NCBI GenBank assembly: GCA_976226885.1 | Contig: OZ320319.1 | Span: forward strand, 43,834,001 to 43,898,000 | Direction: 5' to 3' | Length of the DNA: 64,000 bases | Source of the DNA: Iphione sp. A-MEVVRFRX5 | Taxonomy: Eukaryota | The notes under the pieces: model-generated | What the model saw: the letters and a program-made list of their open reading frames with translations, nothing else | The model's database searches: none | Told to the model about the DNA's origin: nothing | Shown here: in pieces, positions 51,525-64,000 of the stretch | How the letters are laid out: every line of letters starts with the position of its first letter | Numbering within the stretch: the stretch's first letter is position 1 | Position numbers and translations under genes: made by a program

Positions 51525-51753
51525 GTTTACCGGTACGTCGATGTCATCTTGACATAGGTACCAGTATAACTTACCCTAACCCTAACCCTTTTTTGATACA
51601 AATGCCCACACTAACCCTAATTTCAATATTCTTCCCCTAAATTTTTTGGGAGTCCCCCCCCCAACCCCCCTTTTGTTGCTTTTTTGTAAGATTGTTTTGG
51701 TACCGGTATGTCATAACCGAAAATTCCAAGATGGCATCAACGTACTGGTAAAC
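51525..51753. mobile_element. MITE with 27-bp TIRs and internal CCCTAA repeats
   Basis: GTTTACCGGTACGTCGATGTCATCTTG versus the reverse complement of CAAGATGGCATCAACGTACTGGTAAAC (24/27). Internal ACCCTAACCCTAACCC. Confidence 0.8.
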
Positions 51754-54700
51754 TGCAATCTAGCCAAGGTGACAATCTAAGGAGGAGAATGAACTACTGC
51801 ATGACATTATATGTCCATTATATTTGAAGATATAACTGTCTAAACTTTTGAATCGAATATCTGCTTTACTCACTAGATGGCAGTACTGCACATGTACAGC
51901 CTTGGCAACACTAGGGCTATCTAGTGTCAAAGCATGAAACATCGAAAATACTACGAAGCACACTGGTACTAAACAGAGATTATTTAAGGAGACTGAAGAA
52001 CGTAAGTACATCAATAAATACCAGATGGCAGCACTGAGTCAATACTTGCAAGTGTCTCTGGTTACACTCTCTGACGCTAGACAATGGTTTAGATCACAGA
52101 ACTTTAATATTAGCGGAAATAACAAGCAAGTGTGACACATATTATCATTCAGGCCTGTCGTTAATCTATTGACAGGAAGGATTTCTCTTAAGTTAAACAG
52201 AATGTAAGATGTGCTGAAGTTTAACACTGGAAAGAAATATCTTAAAATTACATGTACGGTACTAGAATGCAGGGGGAAGGCTTTAACTAGGTAAATCTGC
52301 GCCAAGTCAACTTTATCAGGGATGTTATTTGCTACTTGCTTCATGTGTTTCGTTTGAATGATTATGCTAATTGTTAAGCCACAGAATTATTACGTTCTGA
52401 CCGCTTTAAAGTATAGACACAGTGTACATGTACATGTATCCGTGCCATATGCATGTGCATAAAAGCTGTTGAAAATACATTGTAAATATCTAACAAAGAA
52501 TGCAAAATTACATACCCGACATGTAAAGTATGCATTCTGTAGTAGATAATCAAATGAGGGATGGCTGATTACCTCCTTTAAGTAGACAATAGAATGAATT
52601 CCTACCATATCGAATGCTGCGAATCATGCGCAGCTGTCCTGTTTGAGGAATCTCATTGGTTCCGTACGTACTAAACGCTTAACATATACATTGGCAGGTG
52701 AAATATTTATACTCGACGTAGATTTCAGATAAGACGAATCAGCTGCATGATTGTGTTACTGAGAAGGTGAAAAAAATAAAATGACTCTACAGCCTTGTTT
52801 AAGTCTACTTCTGTTGACTGCTGCCTTCTCCCTGGCAAATAAGGACAGTCGAGGCGTCTGTTGCCTTAGGTAAAAAGTGGTTAAAAAACATCATCCCATA
52901 ATTATATGGTTTTCAACCTATTGGGTCAAGTTGCCTGATGACAAGGGAGGTGTATTGGACAGAAAGCTAAACAAATGTGACCTAGGAGCATCTCTGAGCA
53001 TTAGCTCTGAAAATGACCTACGACAATAAATGGGTTAACTTCAAAATCAATACCTGACTCAAAGTAAAAGATGATACCTACTCGACTCATAACAGGTTTC
53101 TATTGGTCTACCCTCTGTGGCTAAGCTTTGAAATAATAATGAAATCCCTTGTGGTATAATTATACAACTACTGTATTCTAGCTTTCAATCAGGCCTAAGA
53201 AATATCTGCGTTTCCAGTAACCTGTCTGACGCTACATTTTGGCCAGTTTTACTTGATTATTTTGAATTGTCCAGCACGAGATGATCTAGCAAGATCGCTA
53301 TTCTCTGATCCAGTACTCCAGCATGCGCCACAGCAGTCCAGTGTCTGGCTTTAGGGGTCTCCCAGATCAACCTTGTGCAATACTGGATTCGGGAATGATT
53401 CCAAAAAAATGTCTTCATTGTCAAAGCCATAAGGACATTGACTATAAACAGGATCAAAGGTTCAATAAACAGATACTCATATACCTTTACACTGGAGTGA
53501 ACCAATTATTTTTGTGTAAACATTCTTTATTCATATAAACAAGACATACCTTTGACATACCCTGTACTAGATGTCTGTTGCAATATCTAAGCCGTAAAAG
53601 TGATATTGCCATATAGATCTGTTACTTTCATTATCAATTAAGATTGAAAAAAAATAAAAATAAAAAATACATGATCGTTTATGCGGCTACCCCATGTTTT
53701 CTTTACAATCGTGTATTGCACACTGATGGTGTACAAGGTGCATATTCACAATGGTTCAAGAGATCAAATAAGGTTCCATTAATAGTGAAACAAAATGGCT
53801 GACACAGATTGATTCGAGTTTTTAGATTGAATGTTAAGTATGAACGCATTACTTATTACCTTGTAAATCGGTCCATAAAATGTAATTTGACACTTACAGA
53901 ATTAGACCAGTGATGTGCAAGTGAAAAAACATTAACAGTTCTTTTGTTCCAAATGTCATGAAGTGTCATAGAAATTAAAAGTTGAATTTGTAGTTGTTTA
54001 TTATCACCTCTGCACGCCAAACTACAAAGTATTTCATGATAATATGAGAAAATAATGTGAAATGTAAAAATGTAAGATTGTACACTTAATTTAAAGATAA
54101 TTGGTATGAAATCAAGCATTTGTATATCTGAGTAGTATTGTTTTAAATATCTTGAAGAAAACAATATTGAATGCTGCGTAGCCACTGACCACAGTACTGG
54201 CTAAATAAACATCAGTAACTGTACAGATTTCTCTGAGAATACACTATTGTCAGCAGTCAGGATTCGTAGGCATTGCTGAGTATCAAGTTGAGGTGCATAA
54301 TGTAAGTAAAGAGTAATATGAGCTTTAGGCACACTTAAAAAGTATTGACTCTTTTAAATATGTTACTTCAGGCTGTTGTCATGTAGATGCTTCTGCATAA
54401 CCCACTAGTAAACTACAAGAAGCCCATCTGTCAGAGAAGGCAATAAAACACAATTAAGCAATTGCATTATATTGCCAGGCTTGTTCTAATATATCTTGCA
54501 TCAGACCCCATAACTTGGTTTTGAATAGATAGAATGATAGACCAAGCATCTGTGACTACTAACTTATTTTGTCAAACCAAACCAATAGGTAACAATATTC
54601 ACTGACCGGATAGCTACATTTAAGTACAGTAGATAGAAGCCTAATACAAACCACAAATAACATCTATGCACAATGTATCTTGTACATGCTATGCAGCTTT

Positions 54701-55089
54701 AGTCATCATATGTACTGTCCATTAGTTATGTCCAAAATCAGCTGAATATCTAGTTCCTGGATAAAGATACAATCAAAAATGAAAACAAAATTAATTAAAA
54801 CTAGACCAGAACCTCTAAAGAAATACAGCTGGGACAAGATTGGCTAATGCACTAAGTTTTGTTATACATGCTAAGCATATTGAAGAGGTATCCCTGCATT
54901 TATAATTTTGGGAAAATGGTAGTAAACATAAATAATAAACTAGAAATAATGTATTTTAAGCATAAGTTATCGAAATACTGGTACAGATGCTATAAAAATA
55001 ATTTAGAAGTGACTTTAATAACATATTGAACGTTTGTAAATTTCGCCTGCTCAGGTCTCTCACCTTGGCAGCCAACTTCAATATCAAGT

Positions 55090-55900
55090 TACGTGATGAG
55101 ATTTCCAATGTAGGTGATGGAAACACAGAGGAAAATGCCTTTGTTGATGAGACACTTCAGGCAAGCACTTCAGGCAAACATAAATCAGAAATTGAACAAA
55201 GAGACCCAAATGAAAACACCCTGAGATATGAACAATTTCCAGAAGTGGCTCACAGAGATGAACCAACCAAGGAATGTATACGACATATCACCGAGCAGAC
55301 TTATTGTAATGTTAGGAGAATACTTCATAACCTTAAAGAGAAAAGATGGCCCCCAGTATGAGGGAATACTTGGAATCACGGAATTATGTTGTGGGCCTTG
55401 CCACCTCTGATCACTTTAATACTAGCAGGAAAATCATAGCAATAGAAAAAGAGGATACACACAGTCATGATTATGGGAACCTTGCCAATAAGGTAAATTT
55501 TGAAGAACTTAAACCCCCAATATTTTTTTTAACAATTTTCATTTATACGTAGTATGTTATTCTTTATTAAAAATTAAACTGTAATTATCTATTACCCGGC
55601 CGGGTAATGTATCAGCACCATGCCCATTTGCACAGAAAATGTGGCGTAATGTTGAAAATGTCTCTCATTATCCAAGGTTAATATTGTGTGAATTCCTAAG
55701 TCACAAACCAGCAGAAACTTTGGTACGAGATCATCCCTTACTCCTCTGCATTAACCACAAAAAACAGAATCCAATGTCTGGTACACAAAAACTTCTATGC
55801 GAATCAGCACAATCGAACCAGCAGTGTCGAGTGAAGAAGGTACATTGGTACCAATTACAGAGACTGGGTAAGAAGTGACAATTGCAATTACGAGCAGGAT
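55090..55900 (+). mobile_element. Decayed Crypton / DUF3504 tyrosine-recombinase fragment (KCTD1/KIAA1958-like type)
   Basis: NENTL..FQKWL..RNVYDISPSRL..LGEYFITLKRKDGPQYE, REYLESRNY..FNTSRKII..GNLANK, FLSHKPAE..DHP, and VWYTKTSM. Confidence 0.75.
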
Positions 55901-56593
55901 TCAAACAGTATGTTAAAAGAAAAGAAAACAGTAGATAATAATAAATGTGGCAATGTCCTGGTAAATGATAATTCATTTTTCAAGTTAGTAAAGAAATCTT
56001 AACTATTAACTTCAGTTTGATATGGACATCCAAAACCATACGGTCCACACTTTTAACGAAAACAATGTCAGTGGAAGCCAAGAGAAAGCCGATTGAAGGA
56101 GTTGTGCATGTTTTCAACATGACTGGAGGGAATCTGAGGCTAAATATTAACTCTTAAAGCATAGCTGCCATCTTTTTTCTTCTTTAGCCCTATATGAGGA
56201 ACCGTGGCTGTATTTTATATACAGCCACAGCTATGTAGGTGTGAATATAGGTGTGAAGGGTGTGAAAACTTACTTGGGTGTGATTATGTAATGCAGCGAG
56301 CTGCCTGAAAGAAGGACTCTTGACACGCATGGAGTGCATTGAATATAAATCGATTTTTGCTGTAAATAGTGAGTTGATTGAAACATAATGAATTATTCAA
56401 GTTTGATATAGGGAAATATTTCAATATAACATAATCAAAATGCACACAGTAAATCATGACATCGGTAAATATAGGATATGTAGAACCAGTGAATACAAAT
56501 CAATACATGGTGCAAAGGCAAAATTACTGATAAGAATTAAATGACTACATGCAGAAGGGGTTGTTGTTGGGAAGTAGAACTCATATACCGTTA

Positions 56594-58120
56594 TCACAGT
56601 TCCATAATGACTTTCTTCCCATTCCTTACCAGAATAATTCTGTTGACCACAGGAGGTACGACAACCGTGAGGGTAGTATCGTCACTGACTGAAGGGTCTG
56701 GTTCTGTTAGTGGGGAAGTGAGGACTTCTCATGTTGGGGTGGGGGACTTTGTGGGTGTGTGGGTGGGAGCTTTGGTTACAATGGGTGGTGAGGGAGACAG
56801 GGCAGCCAACGAACATCTTGTTTTTGGTGGGGGTGGCTGCAATGAACCACTGATACAATGTTCAAGTTCGAGAGAGGGCCTCTTGTACAATTGAACAGCT
56901 ATTGACCTGTGGCTACTTCTGGACGTAATGGCTTGTTCATCGAACTGTTTATCATTTAATGTGGTGCAACAGGTGACTTTTGCGGAGTATGCTGTGATGT
57001 TCTTTCCCTCAGTAGGTATCCCAGCAGCCTGGAACATTGCCTGCATATAACCTGATAATTTGTTGACACCGACATGTTGGACACTAAATACAACTGTCCC
57101 ATTGACATTGGCCATTGGACGTCTGTAGAATCTGCCTGTGTTGGGAATAGCATTCAAATAGGCACGAAAGAGCTTAACAACACACCTTTCATTGGTTGGT
57201 TGTTCATAATGTTTGACTTGTCTGGAAGTACACTTGGAATTGAATCTCCCAGTGACTGTCTTTGCAAGTTGGCCATTGAACTGTAAATAGACAGAAACAT
57301 CCCCTCTTTCCCAAATGTATATTGATCAGCCATGAGATGTGTGTGCTCATCTTTGGCATGAAATCTGCAAACTTTCCGATTATAGAAGTACATACCATAT
57401 GACAAAGCCTGAGCTGTGTCAAACCCAATGACATAACTCTCCCATAATTGTTCTTCTTCATCGATCGATATGGGATCAGCACGATTTATGTGAGTGCCTA
57501 TGCCTTTAGCTATAAGTACCTTTCTCCTAGCATCAAGAGCATCTCGAAATAATTTAAAATTAGGGTCTTCTTTTTCTAGGAGCCAGATGTCCGAATGATG
57601 AAGGACGTCCCACATGTATCTCTGCACTGACGCCGCAATTTGGGTGAGAGTCCCTGTGAAATACAATAATATTACATTAAGAATCTATACTGAAGGGGGC
57701 GCCTTAGGTCCTAAAAATATGTGAAATATCAATTACCTGGGGGGTAGTTGGTGTGATCTTTCTTCCTAATTTCTGTTATAAACCTTGCTAGCCAGTAATC
57801 TAGCTTTGGCAAATCGTCAGTGTCAAGGGCAGGGACAGGCCACCTAGGATCCTTTTGTGATGCATGTCTGCAGTTTCTCCATATCCACCATTCTTTGAAC
57901 ACTCCATGTGCCCAGTTAGATGCATGTTAAGTATTTTTTGGTATGCGCTGGGCAAAAGCATTTTGGAACTCAGCATCAGACTGAATAGGGCAAAATCCGT
58001 CTGAATCTGAAGTGTTCTCATGTTCCTCCTGGATGATTGTTTGGTAATTTTGTTGATAGACTTGAGAGGCCTGAGACACTTGAGAGGCCTCATATTGGGT
58101 GTATGCGAAACAACCCACGG
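56594..58120 (-). mobile_element. Decayed Crypton (DUF3504 tyrosine recombinase) with an 83-nt spliceosomal intron at 57654-57736
   Basis: AQRIPKNT*HASNWAHGVFKEW, LDYWLA, EIRKKDHTNYPP|GTLTQIAASVQRY, FRDALDARRK..GIG..ADPISIDEEEQLW, RCVVKLFRAYL..FYRRP, VGVNKLS, YSAKVTCCTTL, and SSHRSIAVQLYKRPS. Confidence 0.9.
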
Positions 58121-58399
58121 GTTGGTCATAGTCCCCTCAGCTTCACCTTGGCAATTCTGCCCAATCTGTGGGTTATTTTGCATACACCCATACACTCGTT
58201 ATGTATCTATCACTTAATTACTTGTTACCTTCAACAAAAAGAAAAAACATAGATTTATGAGTTTTAGATTCTGTTATGCATGTTATTGTACTTTTCAACA
58301 TCCAAGATAGTCGGATGTTGGTGTGGCATGAAAATCAAATCTTACATAAATGTTATTATTTAATTGCATGGAGAAAAATAAAGTTACTATGTTCAACCG

Positions 58400-58635
58400 A
58401 GAGTTGTCCACAACTCGTAAAAAGGCCGTGGGTGTATAGGATACTGCCCCCTATGCACAAACAGACCCCAGAAACCTATTCACAATAAGAGTAGGGGGTA
58501 ACCTCAGGTATTCTGGTCTCTCAATTCTCAACAATAGATGGTAGTATGCTACCCCAGGAAGGTATGGAAGAGCTCTATCATGTGATAGAGAACATCTAGT
58601 TCCTGGTTAAATATACAATGAAGTGAAATTAAATT
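58400..58635 (+). mobile_element. 5'-truncated copy of the tRNA-derived SINE
   Basis: GTCCACAACT..AAAAAG.C.GTGGGTGTATAG..TATGCAC..GACCCCAGAAACCTA..GAGTAGGGG..TATTCTGGTCTCTCAATTC..GATGGTAGTATGCTACCCCA is shared with the other two copies. Confidence 0.8.
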
Positions 58636-59818
58636 AGTTTAGTTCTGTTTTTAAAAAATAAGATGGCAGCAAGGAACATATACACCCATGCACTGATCAT
58701 AAAGAGGGTTGGAATTTGTTTCGCTGTACTGCAGTAGTTCTATAGCCTCATGCAGTATAGCTCTTATTCTCTTAATGTGTTATTGGAAACAGATTTTTTA
58801 TGCCATATTTCCTTTGAGAAAGCATACTTATCTAATGTGACTTTCAACGGACTATGTTGTAGTTGCATGTGTTTCATATCCTGAAGAGTATTTTACTTGT
58901 TGCCGTGTTTTGAATAGTGATTAACAGCTGGTCGGTTAAGCAGGTGCAATGAGATGCTGGGTGCATAAAAGCACCTCGAAATTGAGGGTCCCATCAACAT
59001 GGTGTTCAGCTAAGTATCAGATGAATACATGCTTAAACACTGTACTGTAACCTGTTTCATTTTGGTACTACCATCACTGCTCCCTTACTGCAAATAAATA
59101 GTACAAGCATGATAGGATGTTCTTAGGTTGGCTTCCATATGTGTCTTATCGTGGTTGCATTCCATTTGTCGCACATCCATTTTACATTCCATCTTTACGA
59201 ACAGGTGATAATCAGTGTATATGTTTCCAAACTTGTGTTGCATCAGTATATTTGCATTTTTGTTGCATTTGCGTTGTTCGTCATTGGGACATGCTTGTAA
59301 TTTCAATGAAAATGCATGAGTAGGATATGGCGGCTATTGTTGGTAGATAACAAGAACGTGTTGACATATATTAAATCATGTAAAAATATACGTAATCTAC
59401 ATGGTGTTCATGCAGCTAATAGTGTTTTTACTCATCGAATTCACCGCTAGTCGTGTTTTACTCGTTACATTTGTTGCTAGTCAGATGTTATCTTCGCAGA
59501 TGCAACACTAATAGTGCTTTCCTCTTCAAATGTGGTCCTAGTTCGCCAGAATCAGCAGGAAACTGCAAGAAATGGTAGGTAACTGCTAGAAATACAGGGA
59601 AATATAATTATTCTGGGTGTGTGGGTGCCACTCCAGTGGATGAACATGCATCACGCACACAATGCATACACATGTATGGACACTGACCCTAAGTAGAAAT
59701 CTTGGGCCCTTAAGATGCACTCCCTTGAAAAATAGGACATATTGCATGTTTCCTGCATTGAAAATACACTGTTTTTACTGATTTTTTTCACAAATCCCAC
59801 CCTTCTTCAGTCAAGGAT

Positions 59819-60060
59819 GGGGAGTTAGCTCAACTGTTAGAGCACTGGTCCAATGATTGAGAGGTCGCCGGTTCAATCCCCAGCCTGGGTCTCTTGTTCA
59901 TGACCAGACAGATTTACTGTAGCCCCATCCCAGAGTGGTCCACAACTTATAAAAAGACTGTGGGTGTATAGCATTCTGTCCCCTATACACAAAAAAACAG
60001 AAAAATATTCAAAATAATAGTAGGGAACAACCCCTGGTCTCTCAATTCTCATGGTAGTGG
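59819..60060 (+). mobile_element. tRNA-derived SINE
   Basis: A box TAGCTCAACTG (59826), intact D stem GCTC/GAGC, and B box GGTTCAATCC (59870). Acceptor and anticodon stems do not pair, and the body is shared with 22890-23060. Confidence 0.85.
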
Positions 60061-63000
60061 TGTAAGGTTCAAGTTTTCCTATCTAAGGTTCAAGTTTTCC
60101 TATCTAAGACACTGTCAAGTGAATCACAATGTAAGGGAAACAATTTTACACTCTGGTGCACACTCATGATCTTCCTAGGTCTTCCTAGTCATTCACTAAC
60201 TATGAAGAGTGAGACTTGCAACTGTAACCGTGCTTGATCAAAATGATTATGCCTGCAATACTGAGGGTACTGGAATAGCCATGGGTTTGATATTAGGTTC
60301 AAATTCCAATTCAAATTGTTTATTTAATCATCTGTTTACTTGCAATACACATTTTTTAATGATCAAGTATTGAAGATAGTAGGTAAATACAGAGCAATCT
60401 AAAAAAATGAATATAAAGTGTAAGATATAGGAAAAATTAAGAAAATTAATTTAGAAGTCAAATGCCATGCAAATATCACTGTACAGGCACACTGCCATAG
60501 GCAGCATTGCACAATGTAGACTAGTACCAGGATGATGGCAAAAACAAGCGTTTACTCTCACTGAGGCTCACAGTTAACCATGGTTGTAACACCACTTGAT
60601 TACCAACACTGCTGTACACATGAAATGAGTCATACACCTTGTTTGACAGTAATGGCCTCCAGGTAGCATTATCAGATGCATAAAGCAGATACAATAATTG
60701 ATTATTCATCACTTTGTGAACTAAACTGAATTATAGCTGTAGCTGTGATGCATAATCACCAACTTAAATGCATGTCAAGAATCACTGGTGTCTAAAGCAT
60801 TCAGTCCCCTTGCATGGTATAACGTTACAGGATGCTATATGGTCACAATACTTCAGCTATCTTGGACACACCTTCCAAAAAAACTTTGGGTTGCCAGTCC
60901 CATCAGAAGACAATGATATCTACTCCTCTACCCCCCTTATCTTCCCTTCCCCTAAGCTCATGGTCACTGTACAATTTCTTGTATGATACATGGTACTTGC
61001 AATTCATGAACTCACTGACTTACTCGAATAGTGACCAGAGTTGCCCATCTGCAAACCATCACTAGACAGTCTACCTCATCAAATGGTACATGATAATCAT
61101 ACACTCTATCAACTGATTAAGAAAATCGATTACTCTAGCACAAAGAACACAATTAGTTGTCCCTTACTCCAGATATCCTGTCATGCATCTGAAGCTTCTC
61201 AAAGGGTTGTCCTAGCCTGTCCCTCACTGCATCCAATTAGGAACTGGGATCATAAGAAAACAGTAGGAGTCTATCCATGTACAAATGTAGTATGTAACAT
61301 GTTGCATGTTTCGAGGTAGCGTGTTTCCAGAGTGGTACAAGTCTCATTGCATGTTTGCATGGATATGTATACCTGTTTGGTGTGGAAACTCTGCTTATCT
61401 ACATGGATGATACAAGGGCCCACACTAGATCCATTATCTGTTTACAGTGAACAATCTATAAACTTTGCACAGTGCTTCACGGCCATCAAAACATGCTACA
61501 CAGATACATGGAAATTTAGCCTCAATTTGCTTGGAACAATGAGGTTGTTGGAATGCCGAGAGGTTGCAATGAATAGGATTTATTGTACTTGACCGCCACT
61601 AAGACGAGCATTCTGCACATGTACATGTTCCTAATCACTTTGATGTCAGTAAATGCAGGGATCAAAACCCGACTTATTTGGATGTTGACAATCTAGGTCC
61701 AATGTGTCAACATTTTTCTGAACCACGTGATTTTTAGTCATCCAGGAATTTCCATCTTCTTTTTTTTAATATATAAACAAGTGCCTTCGACACAAGCACT
61801 AGTTCTACTCTCTCCAAGAGTTGTAAAATGGTATCCCCGACCGGCTGACTGGAGGAATACATCTAGCCAAAGTCCTACAAGTTTACAACCCTCGGTTCTG
61901 CATGACTGACCACAGGGTGGGTTCTAGTGTTTGTTTACAAAGAAGTGCAGTGATACATCTCTAAACTAAAAAAAGTAGTGCCCAATTTTTTTCTGCTTTC
62001 TTTATTATTTGGTTCTTTACATTTGAACATGTCACAGACTCCATTATTCCAAAAAAAAGGTTCCTATTACATATCATAAATGAACAAAACATGAGCTTAG
62101 GAAAATGTCTCATATATATCTCATATACAACTTCTCCCATGGCCAGATTACTTTCAGGCAACGTTTTATATAGGTGGTGTAAATAGTGACAGAGAACTGT
62201 GTATTTCTTAACTTCTGATAAAAATGATCACCGAGATCAAGGTCAGTATGACTGAAACTAAAAAGGTTAAGTGTTAAGTGGTTAAGAGTGTTAAGTTTGA
62301 ACCGTGGATAATAATTATTAGCTTATAATCTTACTTCACTCAAGTACATTTATTACCTCATTAAATATGTTCATCAATAAAGAATAATGCTTGACAAGCA
62401 TAATTCGTTTATCTTTAGGGTAATTTTTGACAAGGCTGGGTAATCAAACAAATATTGTGCAACTCGAGTGTACAAAGCGGAGGTCAGCAGCTGCACTCCC
62501 CCGCCCACCCAGGAGGATGCCCCAGCAAAACACACGCACTCACTCACACTCAAACATACACACACAGACACACACAGACATTCTATTTCTCTTGCCTCTT
62601 GTCCTACCATCATGGTGCCTGCCCCACCAATCTGGTGAGGAGACTTTTCTCTTCTCCCGCCCAGTCCTCCAACCACGCTACACACCTGCGCCTAGTAAGC
62701 TGACCACGCTGCATCCTTCTGCCAATGCACCCTTCTAACCACCTTGCCCTTTGTAGTGTTTTCCACCCCTCCCGCTCCCAATGATTTCTGCTACCTACCC
62801 CTTCTCGGTGGCTCGGCATGACTTCTTTCCCTTCCTGGTCCCTCATGGTAAATCTCCAACGCCATATGGCCGACCTCTGTTGGCTCCTACCCAACCATGG
62901 TGTCTTCATCCACCCTGCTGGTCATCTTACCGTATGCCACAGTTGTCCCTAGTCACAGAAGGTACGCAAGCTGTGTCCAGTGCTATTCAGATGAAGAATG

Positions 63001-64000
63001 ATATTTAATACTCGACTAAATTTGTATATATTTTATATGCAAGAACCTTTTCGTCAAGCTGCTATCACCTCCAGTATTCCAAGGTTTTTGTAAATTATGA
63101 ATCATATCTTTTAATAGCTCCAAACTTAAGATTTTTGAGAAGCTATAAACAAAGAACTGTGTTACACTAGTGAAATCTTGAGTGAAACATTATGTTTAGT
63201 ATATCATTATCATCAAATATAATGTTTGGTCTCCTGGGACCAAGTCTAATGTTATGCCAGCTTTAGTACCGTAGCACCAATATATTGGTACTGATAATGA
63301 GCATCAACATTTCATTGAGAAATCAGAAGTTATTCAAACTTTTGCATATAAAAATACAACTCCATTAGAGATTCTTTAAGTTTATACTTAAGTATATTGA
63401 GTATACTTTTTAAACAGAATTAGTTAAGATGGACAATACGGGATAATAAATAACATATATATAAAGAGCAACATTACAGACAAGCATCATAAAATGTAAA
63501 TATTTAGACAAAGCTAGATTTGGAAGAAATGACAATGTCCTTTGGAAAGAAATGAACTGTAACACAACAACTCAGGATGACGTTTCCTCATTAGGCAATG
63601 GTTTATTGTGCCAGAGTAGACATGTGTAGGTAGCAGGATGGAGCCCTGTGAAAAGTCTGGGGAAATCACAGACATTATATACCAATAGTTCACAACCCTT
63701 ATGTTGGAGTTTGCAACCTTCTGGTCATAGTTTGTAACCCTAGGTACAACCTTAGGCACATAGTTAATGACATGTCATAACCTTAAATCATAGTTCACAT
63801 GACCTCTGACCTGGGTGCATGCCCTGAGTCATGACAGGTCAATTTTCAAATTAAGCCCTGGTCTCACCCTAGCACCCTTTGTGACATATGGTGTGAGCTG
63901 TCAACCCCTATCCTGGAAGTACCTTAAAATCCCCATTCCAATGTAGCATTTGTTCTATGTCTATGAGTGTCTGCCGGTGTCCAGTCTTTCAGTGGTGCCA

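Noticed and set aside
51570-51620. Interstitial telomere remnant
   Set aside because: Only 2-3 CCCTAA units are present, and they lie inside a MITE.
55026-57666. Functional ZMYM/QRICH1/KCTD1-like host gene
   Set aside because: Both DUF3504 regions have stops, frameshifts and substituted catalytic residues, and no MYM zinc fingers or BTB domain are seen.
59819-59895. tRNA gene
   Set aside because: A and B boxes and the D stem are present, but the acceptor and anticodon stems do not pair, and the downstream body recurs in two other copies, so it is a SINE head.
60063-60108. 21-bp direct repeat as a regulatory operator
   Set aside because: It is a simple local tandem duplication next to a SINE end.

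Overview
Eukaryotic, AT-rich and repeat-dense window from a lophotrochozoan invertebrate, probably an annelid (inferred only from the neuropeptide sequence). It has one clearly supported host gene, a cholecystokinin/sulfakinin (CCK/SK)-type neuropeptide precursor on the + strand (CDS 43930-44328). The precursor has a signal peptide, the peptides pQGAGWDMDYGWGGGRFamide and YDMYGMGGRFamide, and a DVDHVD tail. Its probable promoter (GC box, CCAAT, tandem CREs, TATA) and non-coding first exon lie about 18 kb upstream (about 25400-25787). The rest is mostly transposon debris: a Ngaro/DIRS-type retroelement with split direct repeats, two decayed piggyBac transposases, many LINE fragments, two Crypton (DUF3504) relics (one with an intact spliceosomal intron), a tRNA-derived SINE family, and several MITEs, foldbacks and minisatellites. 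Two items remain unexplained: a cluster of well-formed micro-exons inside the neuropeptide intron and a decayed multi-exon coding region at about 19.7-20.5 kb. All calls were made by eye without database searches, and the ends of decayed elements are approximate.
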